NCBI GenBank assembly: GCA_964527185.1
Contig: CAZGOI010000001.1
Span: forward strand, 234,410-298,409
Length of the DNA stretch: 64,000 nt
DNA from: an uncultured Candidatus Saccharibacteria bacterium
GTDB lineage: Bacteria > Patescibacteriota > Minisyncoccia > Phycocordibacterales > UBA9973
Direction of reading: 5' to 3'
The notes under the pieces were generated by a model. It saw only the letters and a program-made list of their open reading frames with translations, ran no database searches and was not told the DNA's origin. The first letter of the stretch is position 1. Each line of letters opens with the position of its first letter. Made by a program: the position numbers and the translations under genes. Positions 39,002-47,530 of this stretch are shown here, one piece after another.

Positions 39002-39250
39002 TATAATTTGATCATGAAGTTCGACCAACCAGTAAACTTTCAAGAAAATTATAGAAAAGAATTAATAAAGGAGAACCCCATAAAAGAAAGTTTATATATG
39101 CCACACGTAGAATAAAGATAGAAGGACTTTTGGAGTTTCAATGAGCCACAATGTTGCTTTTCTTAGAGATAGTGAATTTAATAGGTGGCAAAAACTTCTA
39201 AAAATACTAGATGAAATCAAACAGAAAAAATAATATAATATTCTAATCAG

Positions 39251-39835
39251 ATGGACATAATACACAATCTTGAAACTCTCTTTCACCTTTCAAAATATCT
39301 AATCGTTTTTATTGGGTGCATCATCGAAGGGCCGATAATTATGATTACAAGTGGTTTTTTATTGCGTCTCGGCCAGTTTGAATTCTTACCACTCTATTTT
39401 TCATTAGTCAGTGGGGATTTTGTAGCTGATATATTTTGGTATTTTGTAGGTAGGTATGGAGCAAGAACTCTGATAGACTATTTTGGTAAATTTTTCAAGA
39501 TTAGCAAAGAAGCGGTTGAAAAAATACAAGAAAATTTTCATAAACATCAAAATAGAATTCTTATAGTTTCTAAATTAACGATGGGTTTTGGTTTTGCTGT
39601 TTGGGTGCTTGTAACAGCGGGAATTATGCGCGTGCCGTTTAAGAGATATTTATTAATAAATTTATTTGGTGGTTTTGTCTGGACTATATTTTTGGTTGCT
39701 GTCGGTTACTTTTTTGGAAATGTTTATACGATACTACCTTCGCAATTTAAGTTTACATTCGTAATAATCATCTTTGTCGCCGTGGTATACTTAATAAAGT
39801 CAGTTAATACATATTTAAAAAAGAAAAGATCATGA
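39251..39835 (+). CDS. DedA family membrane protein
   Basis: IIEGP, GDFVADIFWYFVGR, AGIMRVPFKRY. Confidence 0.88.
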   Translation: MDIIHNLETLFHLSKYLIVFIGCIIEGPIIMITSGFLLRLGQFEFLPLYFSLVSGDFVADIFWYFVGRYGARTLIDYFGKFFKISKEAVEKIQENFHKHQNRILIVSKLTMGFGFAVWVLVTAGIMRVPFKRYLLINLFGGFVWTIFLVAVGYFFGNVYTILPSQFKFTFVIIIFVAVVYLIKSVNTYLKKKRS

Positions 39836-40557
39836 AGCTCTCAATAATAATTCCAACCCTTGAAGAAGAAAAAGTAATAGGTAAAATTCTTAAATCACTT
39901 CAAGAATTACGTGGCCCACAATGTGAGATCATAATATCGGACGGCCACAGTTCTGATCGCACCGTAGATATTGCCAAAGAATATGCTGACAAAGTTATAG
40001 TACACGACGGCAAAACTAGACAAACAATAGCAGGGGGTCGCAATGCTGGTGCTAAAGTTGCAGTCGGTGACTATATCGTTTTTATCGATGCTGATGTTGA
40101 GATATATGATGTTTCTAAATTTTTTGCTCGAGCAGAATCGTTTTTTGATACTAATCAAAAAATTGTGGGGTTAACTGCAAATGTTAGAATAATGAAAGAA
40201 TTCGAAACCATAGCTGACCGTCTAAATTTTGACTTCATAAATTTTATACACCGCTTGGCAAACAATGTCTTGGGTATCGGTATGGCTATAGGTGAATTTC
40301 AAATGGTTCGTAGGTCTGTATTTAATTCTATTGGTGGCTATAATGAAAAAATTGTTGTCGGTGAAGACCAAGAATTTTTTAGAAGACTATCAAAAATGGG
40401 TAAAACTATATTGCCAAAAGACTTGACTATCTATCATACTGGCCGGCGTATCCACAAGCTTGGTTGGTTCCATATCTGGGTTGCTTGGATGAAAGATGGT
40501 CTCGTTGTAACATTTTTTAATAAATCAGTAAGTAAAGAATGGAAAATAATACGATAA
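39832..40557 (+). CDS. glycosyltransferase family 2
   Basis: LSIIIPTL, SDGHSSDRT, GRNAGA, FIDAD, GED. Confidence 0.92.
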   Translation: MKLSIIIPTLEEEKVIGKILKSLQELRGPQCEIIISDGHSSDRTVDIAKEYADKVIVHDGKTRQTIAGGRNAGAKVAVGDYIVFIDADVEIYDVSKFFARAESFFDTNQKIVGLTANVRIMKEFETIADRLNFDFINFIHRLANNVLGIGMAIGEFQMVRRSVFNSIGGYNEKIVVGEDQEFFRRLSKMGKTILPKDLTIYHTGRRIHKLGWFHIWVAWMKDGLVVTFFNKSVSKEWKIIR

Positions 40558-40558
40558 A

Positions 40559-41278
40559 ATGATCTCGATCATCATACCAACTCTCAATGAAGAGAAATAT
40601 ATAAAAAGAACCATAAAAGCTTTTTCGAATATGAAGATGTCACACGAGATTATAATTTCTGATGGTGGTAGTAATGATAAAACGGTCGATATCGCTAGAT
40701 CACTCGGGGCTCAAGTATTTGTACACGATAATTCATATCGCTCAACAATAGCTGATGGTAGAAATATAGGAGCTAGGGCTGCCAAGGGCAACATACTGAT
40801 GTTTCTAGATGCCGATTGTATAATTTTTGATCCAGATTTTTTTGCTGCCAAAGTTGAAAATTATTTCAAAGATCACAACGAGACTGTCGCGATATGCCCA
40901 GTACTACGAGTTCTACCTGAATACTTACGAGGGGCCGATCGCCTCGTAACTTCGTTCATGAATTTTTCCTTCATACTTTTTACAAACGTTTTACACATCC
41001 CATCTGCGCCAGGTGAATGCCAAATCATGCTTAAAAAAACCTTCGATGAAGTCAATGGTTATAATAAAAATCTGATAGTATGTGAAGACATAGATATGTT
41101 CAATCGTCTTTCAAAAAAAGGCAAGGTCACTTTTATAACCAGTTTAAAAGTTTGGCATACTTGCCGACGAGCCCACAAAGTCGGTTGGCCAAAACTTCTA
41201 TTCACTTGGTTCATAAACTCGATATACTTTACTTTTAAGGGAAGGGTTTATTCAAAAGAATGGAAACCAATAAGATGA
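40559..41278 (+). CDS. glycosyltransferase family 2 (tandem paralog)
   Basis: ISIIIPTLNE, SDGGSNDKT, GRNIGA, FLDAD, CED; ends SKEWKPIR like its neighbour's SKEWKIIR. Confidence 0.92.
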   Translation: MISIIIPTLNEEKYIKRTIKAFSNMKMSHEIIISDGGSNDKTVDIARSLGAQVFVHDNSYRSTIADGRNIGARAAKGNILMFLDADCIIFDPDFFAAKVENYFKDHNETVAICPVLRVLPEYLRGADRLVTSFMNFSFILFTNVLHIPSAPGECQIMLKKTFDEVNGYNKNLIVCEDIDMFNRLSKKGKVTFITSLKVWHTCRRAHKVGWPKLLFTWFINSIYFTFKGRVYSKEWKPIR

Positions 41279-41781
41279 AAAAAGCAACAAATAGAGCCAT
41301 AATAATAACATCGATCTTTGTCATCGAGGGTCTCATGTCGCTTTTATATTTACACGGAGCTTATACTGCACTCGTTATTTTTTATGCAGTCCTATGCTTC
41401 AACACATTTTTTTCAATCAAATTATTCGATTCACTTGGTTTCACCAATAATACAAATCAAAGGATAGTCGATGCGGCTTTATTTTTCATCTACACCGACT
41501 TAGCCTTCTCATTAAACCAACCAGAAAAAGCCATGGTGCTCGTTGTCGCGCTCTTTCTAATAGCAACATACAAATATACTCATCTTTTAAACTTAAGTAC
41601 CCACAATAAACTACTCCGTAGAAAAATTTCTGTCGACAATGGTGGATCATTGATATCATTTATGATATGCATCGGTGTTATCCTTAAACACGACTATAGC
41701 CTCCTTTGGTATTGGGCAGTAATTTTTATCGTTGCCAATATCTATTTATTCACAATTAGCCCTCTCTATAAAATAGACTAA
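41275..41781 (+). CDS. multi-pass membrane protein
   Basis: About 6 hydrophobic segments; ATGA overlap with the upstream GT2. Confidence 0.65.
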   Translation: MKKATNRAIIITSIFVIEGLMSLLYLHGAYTALVIFYAVLCFNTFFSIKLFDSLGFTNNTNQRIVDAALFFIYTDLAFSLNQPEKAMVLVVALFLIATYKYTHLLNLSTHNKLLRRKISVDNGGSLISFMICIGVILKHDYSLLWYWAVIFIVANIYLFTISPLYKID

Positions 41782-41802
41782 ATCGTGTATGATTAGACCT
41801 AT

Positions 41803-42438
41803 ATGAAAAGATGGTTCAATCGATCAAAAGCTCACTTCAATGATAAAAAATACCTAAATACTTTTTTATTCAGTCTCTTCTTGCTTGTAATAAGTCTCGT
41901 TATCAATTTCTATGCTGGGGTCTATGCAACTGAACGCGCCAGTAACCCAGTGACCGATATCATCCTTGATCATATTAGAGTTTACGATATCGGTTTTATA
42001 TTTGTATATGGTGCTATGATTTTTTGGTTGTTCACTATATCGATACTAGTCTATGATCCAAAGAAAATACCTTTTACCGTCAAAAGCATTTCTTTATTTA
42101 CAATCACAAGAGCAATATTCATAAGCCTTACCCATATTGGGCCATTTCCAACTCAAGCTGTTATAGATGCAGGTAGAATAATGCAAAAATTTATCTTTGG
42201 AGGAGATCTATTTTTCTCTGGTCATACTGGCCTACCGTTCTTGCTCGCATTGATTTTCTGGAAAGATAAAAGATCTAGAATATTTTTCTTGTCTGCATCT
42301 ATTCTCTTTGCTTTTGTTGTTTTGATGGGACACCTCCACTACTCGATAGATGTTTTGTCAGCTTTCTTTATAACATATAGCATATTCAAAATAGCTCGAT
42401 ATTTATTTAAAAAAGACTGGAAACTATTTGAAAGCTAA
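41803..42438 (+). CDS. PAP2-superfamily membrane enzyme (sphingomyelin/IPC synthase-like motifs)
   Basis: DIIL, GDLFFSGHT, HLHYSIDV. Confidence 0.82.
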   Translation: MKRWFNRSKAHFNDKKYLNTFLFSLFLLVISLVINFYAGVYATERASNPVTDIILDHIRVYDIGFIFVYGAMIFWLFTISILVYDPKKIPFTVKSISLFTITRAIFISLTHIGPFPTQAVIDAGRIMQKFIFGGDLFFSGHTGLPFLLALIFWKDKRSRIFFLSASILFAFVVLMGHLHYSIDVLSAFFITYSIFKIARYLFKKDWKLFES

Positions 42439-42439
42439 T

Positions 42440-42467
42440 TGCACCAAAATCATTTTTCGATCGTATA
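42440..42467 (+). promoter_or_regulatory. candidate ECF-sigma promoter
   Basis: TGCACC-N16-CGTATA, resembling SigW-type TGAAAC-N16-CGTA; 9 nt upstream of ATG 42477. Confidence 0.5.
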
Positions 42468-42476
42468 CATAGATAT

Positions 42477-42878
42477 ATGACGAAAAATCTTAAGGAATTA
42501 TTTAAAGATAAGCAGGCAGAGCTGAAGAGCGCCACAGTAGAGAATATATGGCTTACTATCTCTCGCTACGAAACTCGCCGTCGCTTAATTACCCGGTTGA
42601 TCTATTCATTCGTAGGGTTTGCTTCGATTATAGGCCTCTTTATTACCACCAAAGACTTAATCAACCAATTTTCACAATCTGGTTTTTATTATTATACTTC
42701 CCTAATATTTTCAAATAGTTCATCTATCGCTAGCCACTTTAGCGATTTTGCTCTTACGCTGGCTGATTCACTACCGACGACAAGTCTCATCATTTCACTT
42801 TCGCTCCTGTTCTTTTTCGTTGTTTCGTTACGCAAGCTATCTGTCGAGATAAGTAAAAGTAGATTACTAGCAATGTAA
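42477..42878 (+). CDS. membrane protein, putative anti-sigma factor
   Basis: Short charged N-terminus followed by TM helices; heads the operon after the ECF-like promoter. Confidence 0.5.
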   Translation: MTKNLKELFKDKQAELKSATVENIWLTISRYETRRRLITRLIYSFVGFASIIGLFITTKDLINQFSQSGFYYYTSLIFSNSSSIASHFSDFALTLADSLPTTSLIISLSLLFFFVVSLRKLSVEISKSRLLAM

Positions 42879-42886
42879 AAATATTT

Positions 42887-43417
42887 ATGGAAAAACAAGA
42901 AACCAAAGAAAACATAAAAAAAATATTTTCATCAAATGGAACCAAAAAAGCTATCAAAATTTTTGGAATTATTATTATCGCTCTATTTATCTTTCAAGCC
43001 GGGGTTTTTGTCGGTTTTCACAAAGCATCTTTTGATCGCGATTGGGGAGAGAATTATTCCCGTAACTTTGGTTTTACCCATAGAGGTGGAATGATGGGCG
43101 GTTTTTCTCCAGAGAATTTTCCAAATGCTCACGGGGCAGTCGGCAAAATCATAAAGATAACTCTGCCAAATATTATTGTTCTTGACAAAGACAATACCGA
43201 AAAAGTTGTCGTTATCAATGACGACACAGAGATAAATAAAATGCACGATGTTATTTCAAAAGACCAACTCGCCCTAGATGATTTTGTTGTCGTCATAGGT
43301 TCACCCAACTCTTCTGGTCAGATAGAAGCGAAATTCATAAGAGTCTTGCCAATGCAGTTGCCAACTCAAAATATAAACGAACCAAACGGGGCTTCTCCAA
43401 ACGGGTCTCAAAATTAA
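42887..43417 (+). CDS. membrane-anchored extracytoplasmic protein (DUF5666-like beta domain)
   Basis: TM; HGAVGKI...VVIGSPNSSGQIEAKFIRV. Confidence 0.65.
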   Translation: MEKQETKENIKKIFSSNGTKKAIKIFGIIIIALFIFQAGVFVGFHKASFDRDWGENYSRNFGFTHRGGMMGGFSPENFPNAHGAVGKIIKITLPNIIVLDKDNTEKVVVINDDTEINKMHDVISKDQLALDDFVVVIGSPNSSGQIEAKFIRVLPMQLPTQNINEPNGASPNGSQN

Positions 43418-43419
43418 TC

Positions 43420-45099
43420 ATGAAAAAATTTAAACTTTCAAAGTTCATTGAAAAACTCAAGTTATTTATCATCGCCCATAAAATTTGGAGCGCGGTTATT
43501 TTGATCGTTTTGATATTTATTGGCTATAAAATTTTTGCCGGCAAGGCTTCAGCCGAAACGCGCTATGTAACAACCCAAGTTGCAAAATCGACAGTTGTTG
43601 CCTCGATCTCAGGTTCTGGCCAAGTTTCTGTTTCAAACCAGATCGACCTTAAACCAAGAGTCTCTGGTGCCACGACATTTATCGGCGTAAAGCCTGGTGA
43701 TTTTGTAAAGCGAGGGAAACTACTATTTTCAATTGACGCAAGGGATGCCGAAAAAGCTGTTCGAGACGCCCAAACGAATCTTGATTCTGCTAAACTTGCG
43801 CTAGCTAAGTTACAAGAGCCACCAGACCAACTCTCTCTCATACAAGACCAAAATGCTATTGACCAAGCCAATGCCGATAAAAAAAATCAAGATCTAATTA
43901 TAAAAAATTCATATCGAAATCTTTTAAACTCGACACCCGAGGCAGTTCCAAAAGACCAAGTGACCGATTACACTGCGCCAACGATAAGTGGTAACTATGT
44001 TCTCGACCAAGAAGGCGTGATCGAAGTTGATACATACGCGACAGGCGGCGGTTCGACATTTAGTATATCTGGTCTAACAACTGGAACTGGTTCTATGTCG
44101 ACTACGACTCCTCAACCGATTGGCAATTCAGGTCTTTACATAAAATTTCCGACAACTACTGGCGGAGTTAACAATTGGCTGGTAAATCTACCAAACAAAA
44201 AAGCCTCAAATTATGTTTCAAATTACGATTCATATCAAAACACTCTGCAATCTTCACAAAATGCTATAGATAGTGACGACCGCACGATTGCCGAAAATAC
44301 TGAAAAATTAAAACAACTCCAAGCCGGTACCGACCCGATAGATCTGGAAACAAAAAAGCTGGCAGTAACTTCTGCCGAAAACGCTCTGACAGATGCAAAG
44401 CAAACTCTGAGCGATTACTACATCATTGCTCCTTTTGATGGTGTCATTGCAAGTGTTGGGGCAGAGCTCGGCCAAGAAGCGAGTTCGGGCACAGCTCTCG
44501 GTACAATCATCACCAAAGAACAATTGGCAACAGTTTCTCTAAATGAAGTCGATGTGGCAAAGATTAACCTCGGTGACAAAGTCACACTTACTTTCGATGC
44601 CATTCCTGATCTCTCGATTGCTGGTGAAATTGTTTCAATTGATTCTATCGGCACTGTTTCTTCAGGGGTTGTAAATTACAATATAAAAATTAGTTTTGCG
44701 ACCCAAGATGATCGTGTCAAGCCGGGAATGAGTGTCAATGCCGCTATCGTTACCGGTGTTTCACAAGATGTTTTGACCGTTCCAAACTCGGCTGTAAAAA
44801 CCCGCAATGGTTCTTCGTACGTTCAGGTTTTTGATACAGCACTCTCGCCAGCACCGCAGGGTACAACCGGTTCGACATCAAAAGTATTACCACGAGATGT
44901 TATGGTGGAAGTTGGTCTCTCTAGCGACACCCTTACAGAAATTAAAAGCGGATTAAACGATGGCGACATTGTCGTCTCGCGCCTCATATCATCGACATCG
45001 ACAACCTCTCAAACATCTAGCACAGCCCCCGGGTTATTTGGTAACGGCGGTCGAGGTGGTATTGGCGGTGGGGCTATTCGAAACGCGACAGGTAGATAA
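43420..45099 (+). CDS. MacA-like efflux adaptor with inserted beta-rich domain
   Basis: SISGSGQV, VKPGDFVKRG, IIAPFDGVI, LNEVDVAKI, VKPGMSV, EIKSGL. Confidence 0.9.
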   Translation: MKKFKLSKFIEKLKLFIIAHKIWSAVILIVLIFIGYKIFAGKASAETRYVTTQVAKSTVVASISGSGQVSVSNQIDLKPRVSGATTFIGVKPGDFVKRGKLLFSIDARDAEKAVRDAQTNLDSAKLALAKLQEPPDQLSLIQDQNAIDQANADKKNQDLIIKNSYRNLLNSTPEAVPKDQVTDYTAPTISGNYVLDQEGVIEVDTYATGGGSTFSISGLTTGTGSMSTTTPQPIGNSGLYIKFPTTTGGVNNWLVNLPNKKASNYVSNYDSYQNTLQSSQNAIDSDDRTIAENTEKLKQLQAGTDPIDLETKKLAVTSAENALTDAKQTLSDYYIIAPFDGVIASVGAELGQEASSGTALGTIITKEQLATVSLNEVDVAKINLGDKVTLTFDAIPDLSIAGEIVSIDSIGTVSSGVVNYNIKISFATQDDRVKPGMSVNAAIVTGVSQDVLTVPNSAVKTRNGSSYVQVFDTALSPAPQGTTGSTSKVLPRDVMVEVGLSSDTLTEIKSGLNDGDIVVSRLISSTSTTSQTSSTAPGLFGNGGRGGIGGGAIRNATGR

Positions 45100-45104
45100 A
45101 AATT

Positions 45105-45815
45105 ATGATCGAAGTAAAAAATATTACCAAAACATATCATAGTGGGGATATAGATTTTAAAGCCCTCTCTGGCGTTAGTTTTAAGATTGATGATGGGGAA
45201 TTTGTGGCGATCATGGGACCATCGGGTTCTGGCAAATCAACACTCATGCATATACTCGGGGCGCTCGATACGCCATCGACCGGCACATATCTGCTCGATA
45301 AAAAAGATGTCTCAAAACTCTCAGACGACGAACTGGCAGATATTAGAAAAGACAAGATAGGTTTTGTCTTTCAATCATTCAATCTGCTTCCACGAACATC
45401 GGTCATCCGCAATACCATGCTACCACTTGTTTATTCAGGAGTTGAAAAAGAAAAAAGAAAAGAACTTGCAAAAAAAGCATTATTCTCGGCTGGACTCGAA
45501 GAGGACCACTTCAGTCATTTGTCAAATCAACTCTCGGGTGGGCAGATTCAGCGCGTCGCTATTGCTCGGGCCCTCGTCAATAACCCAACGCTTATTCTGG
45601 CAGACGAACCAACCGGTAACCTCGACACTAAGACAGGTGAAATCGTTCTTGGGACATTCCAAAAATTAAATAAAGAACAAGGTCGAACTGTAATTCTCAT
45701 TACCCATGAACAAGATGTAGCTGAACACGCTGAACGCATCATCACCATCCGCGATGGTCTAATTCAAAGTGACAACAAATCTCACGTTCGCAGGCTCGCC
45801 CATCACCACAACTAA
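45105..45815 (+). CDS. MacB/LolD-type ABC ATPase
   Basis: [36 protein letters not shown]. Confidence 0.94.
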   Translation: MIEVKNITKTYHSGDIDFKALSGVSFKIDDGEFVAIMGPSGSGKSTLMHILGALDTPSTGTYLLDKKDVSKLSDDELADIRKDKIGFVFQSFNLLPRTSVIRNTMLPLVYSGVEKEKRKELAKKALFSAGLEEDHFSHLSNQLSGGQIQRVAIARALVNNPTLILADEPTGNLDTKTGEIVLGTFQKLNKEQGRTVILITHEQDVAEHAERIITIRDGLIQSDNKSHVRRLAHHHN

Positions 45816-45819
45816 AAAT

Positions 45820-47043
45820 ATGAAAACAAGCGACATTTTAGAAGAAACATATACAGCCCTATCGACGAATAAAGTTCGTTCGGGTTTAACTATGCTTGGT
45901 ATCGTCATCGGTATCGGTTCGGTCATCGCTATGACAGCCATCGGTACGGGTGCTCAAAATTCTATTTCATCAAGCATTCAATCGATCGGGGCAAATCTCG
46001 TCATGGTCATGCCTGGAGCCCAGAGATCTTTTGGTGGGCCAAGCGCTGGTCGTGGCGGGGCACAATCGCTGACAGTTGCTGATGCCGACGCTATATCATC
46101 GCAAATTTCAAACATCGTCGGCCTTGCACGTGATGTCAATTCCCGCAAACAAGTTGTAGCTACGGGGACAAACACAAATACAACTATCATCGGAACTGAA
46201 CCATCATATACAACGGTCAGGAATTTATCGATCGACGAAGGTTCATTTATATCTCAGACAGATGTACTAAGTGGCAACAAAGTTGCTGTCCTTGGGCCAT
46301 CAGCTCGTGATGATCTGTTTGGAACTGGTGCGACAGGAATAGTTGGACAGAAAATTAGAATATCAGGAGCCGAATACAATATCATCGGCATTACTGTCAC
46401 CAAGGGTGGCTCGGGCTTTAGCAATAGTGACGACGCAATATATATTCCATACACGACCGCCCAAAGATATTTAACTGGCAACCAATATCTAACCGAGATC
46501 GATATTAGTGCAGCGAGTTCAGATGTATCACCACAAGTACAGAGTGATGTAACTGCTCTTTTAACAGACAGGCACCATATCACCGACCCAACCAAAATAG
46601 ATTTTAATACTCTAAACCAAGCCGATATCATTGCTACCGCTTCATCTGTTACAAGCACATTCACTACACTCCTTGCGGCTGTCGCTGGTATCTCGCTTGT
46701 CGTTGGTGGTATTGGAATAATGAATATGATGCTGACGACTGTGACTGAACGAACTCGCGAGATTGGCTTACGCAAAGCCATAGGCGCTAAGAAAAAAGAT
46801 ATAAATACACAATTTTTGATCGAGGCCATCATGCTAACTTTTATCGGTGGTATTATTGGTGTCGTCCTTGGGTGGATGGTTGCTTTTGCCATAACGTATT
46901 TTGGTATTTTGCAAACCCAAGTATCTATTGGTTCAATTTTACTTGCATTTGGAGTCTCAGCGCTCATCGGTATTGTTTTTGGCTACTATCCTGCACGCAG
47001 GGCAGCCAACCTAAACCCGATCGAAGCCCTGAGGTATGAATAA
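45820..47043 (+). CDS. MacB-type ABC permease
   Basis: RSGLTMLGIVIGI, VGGIGIMNMML, ERTREIGLRKAIGA, YPARRAANLNPIEALRYE. Confidence 0.94.
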   Translation: MKTSDILEETYTALSTNKVRSGLTMLGIVIGIGSVIAMTAIGTGAQNSISSSIQSIGANLVMVMPGAQRSFGGPSAGRGGAQSLTVADADAISSQISNIVGLARDVNSRKQVVATGTNTNTTIIGTEPSYTTVRNLSIDEGSFISQTDVLSGNKVAVLGPSARDDLFGTGATGIVGQKIRISGAEYNIIGITVTKGGSGFSNSDDAIYIPYTTAQRYLTGNQYLTEIDISAASSDVSPQVQSDVTALLTDRHHITDPTKIDFNTLNQADIIATASSVTSTFTTLLAAVAGISLVVGGIGIMNMMLTTVTERTREIGLRKAIGAKKKDINTQFLIEAIMLTFIGGIIGVVLGWMVAFAITYFGILQTQVSIGSILLAFGVSALIGIVFGYYPARRAANLNPIEALRYE

Positions 47044-47086
47044 TTATTAGTTTATTAGTTAACAAGCCATTGGCTTAAAATTATAT

Positions 47087-47530
47087 ATGAATAAAAAAAC
47101 AATAAGTACAATAGTATTGGTCGCGGTAGTAGTCGGAGTTCTATCCTTTTTTGGCGGTATGAAGTATGGGCAAAGCACGGCACTTGCAAGTGCAAACCCA
47201 AATGGTCAGGGTGCTTCACAAGGTCGCAATTTTGGTGCCGGTGGGCGCGGCGGCGGTCCTGGTCGTGGTGGTTTTACTGGGGGACAAATTGTTTCGATCG
47301 ATAAAAATAGTATGACGATTTCCGCTCGTGATGGGAGTTCAAAGATAATATTTTTCACGACAGCCACACCTGTTATGAAAATGGTTGCGGGGACACTTGC
47401 TGATCTTTTAGTCGGTAAGGATGTTGCTATTAACGGTCAAGCAAATTCAGATGGGAGTATAACTGCAGATTCAATTCAGTTACGAACTGCGCCGATGGGC
47501 GATAGTGCGACACAAACTCCAAAGAATTAA
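47087..47530 (+). CDS. membrane-anchored DUF5666-like protein
   Basis: TM ending FFGGMKY, Gly-rich linker, GQIVS...GSSKII...NSDGSITADSIQL. Confidence 0.65.
   Translation: MNKKTISTIVLVAVVVGVLSFFGGMKYGQSTALASANPNGQGASQGRNFGAGGRGGGPGRGGFTGGQIVSIDKNSMTISARDGSSKIIFFTTATPVMKMVAGTLADLLVGKDVAINGQANSDGSITADSIQLRTAPMGDSATQTPKN

Noticed and set aside
39014-39233. Two tiny ORFs (33 aa from 39014, 30 aa from 39141) after the sigma gene; the first has TATAAT 6 nt upstream
   Set aside because: They are in different frames with intervening stops and show no recognisable homology. They may be a decayed gene but cannot be supported.
46254-46967. 237-aa minus-strand ORF and similar long antisense ORFs (9320-9913, 11701-12222, 49880-50434, 54428-54991)
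   Set aside because: All lie opposite well-conserved genes and show no independent protein features.
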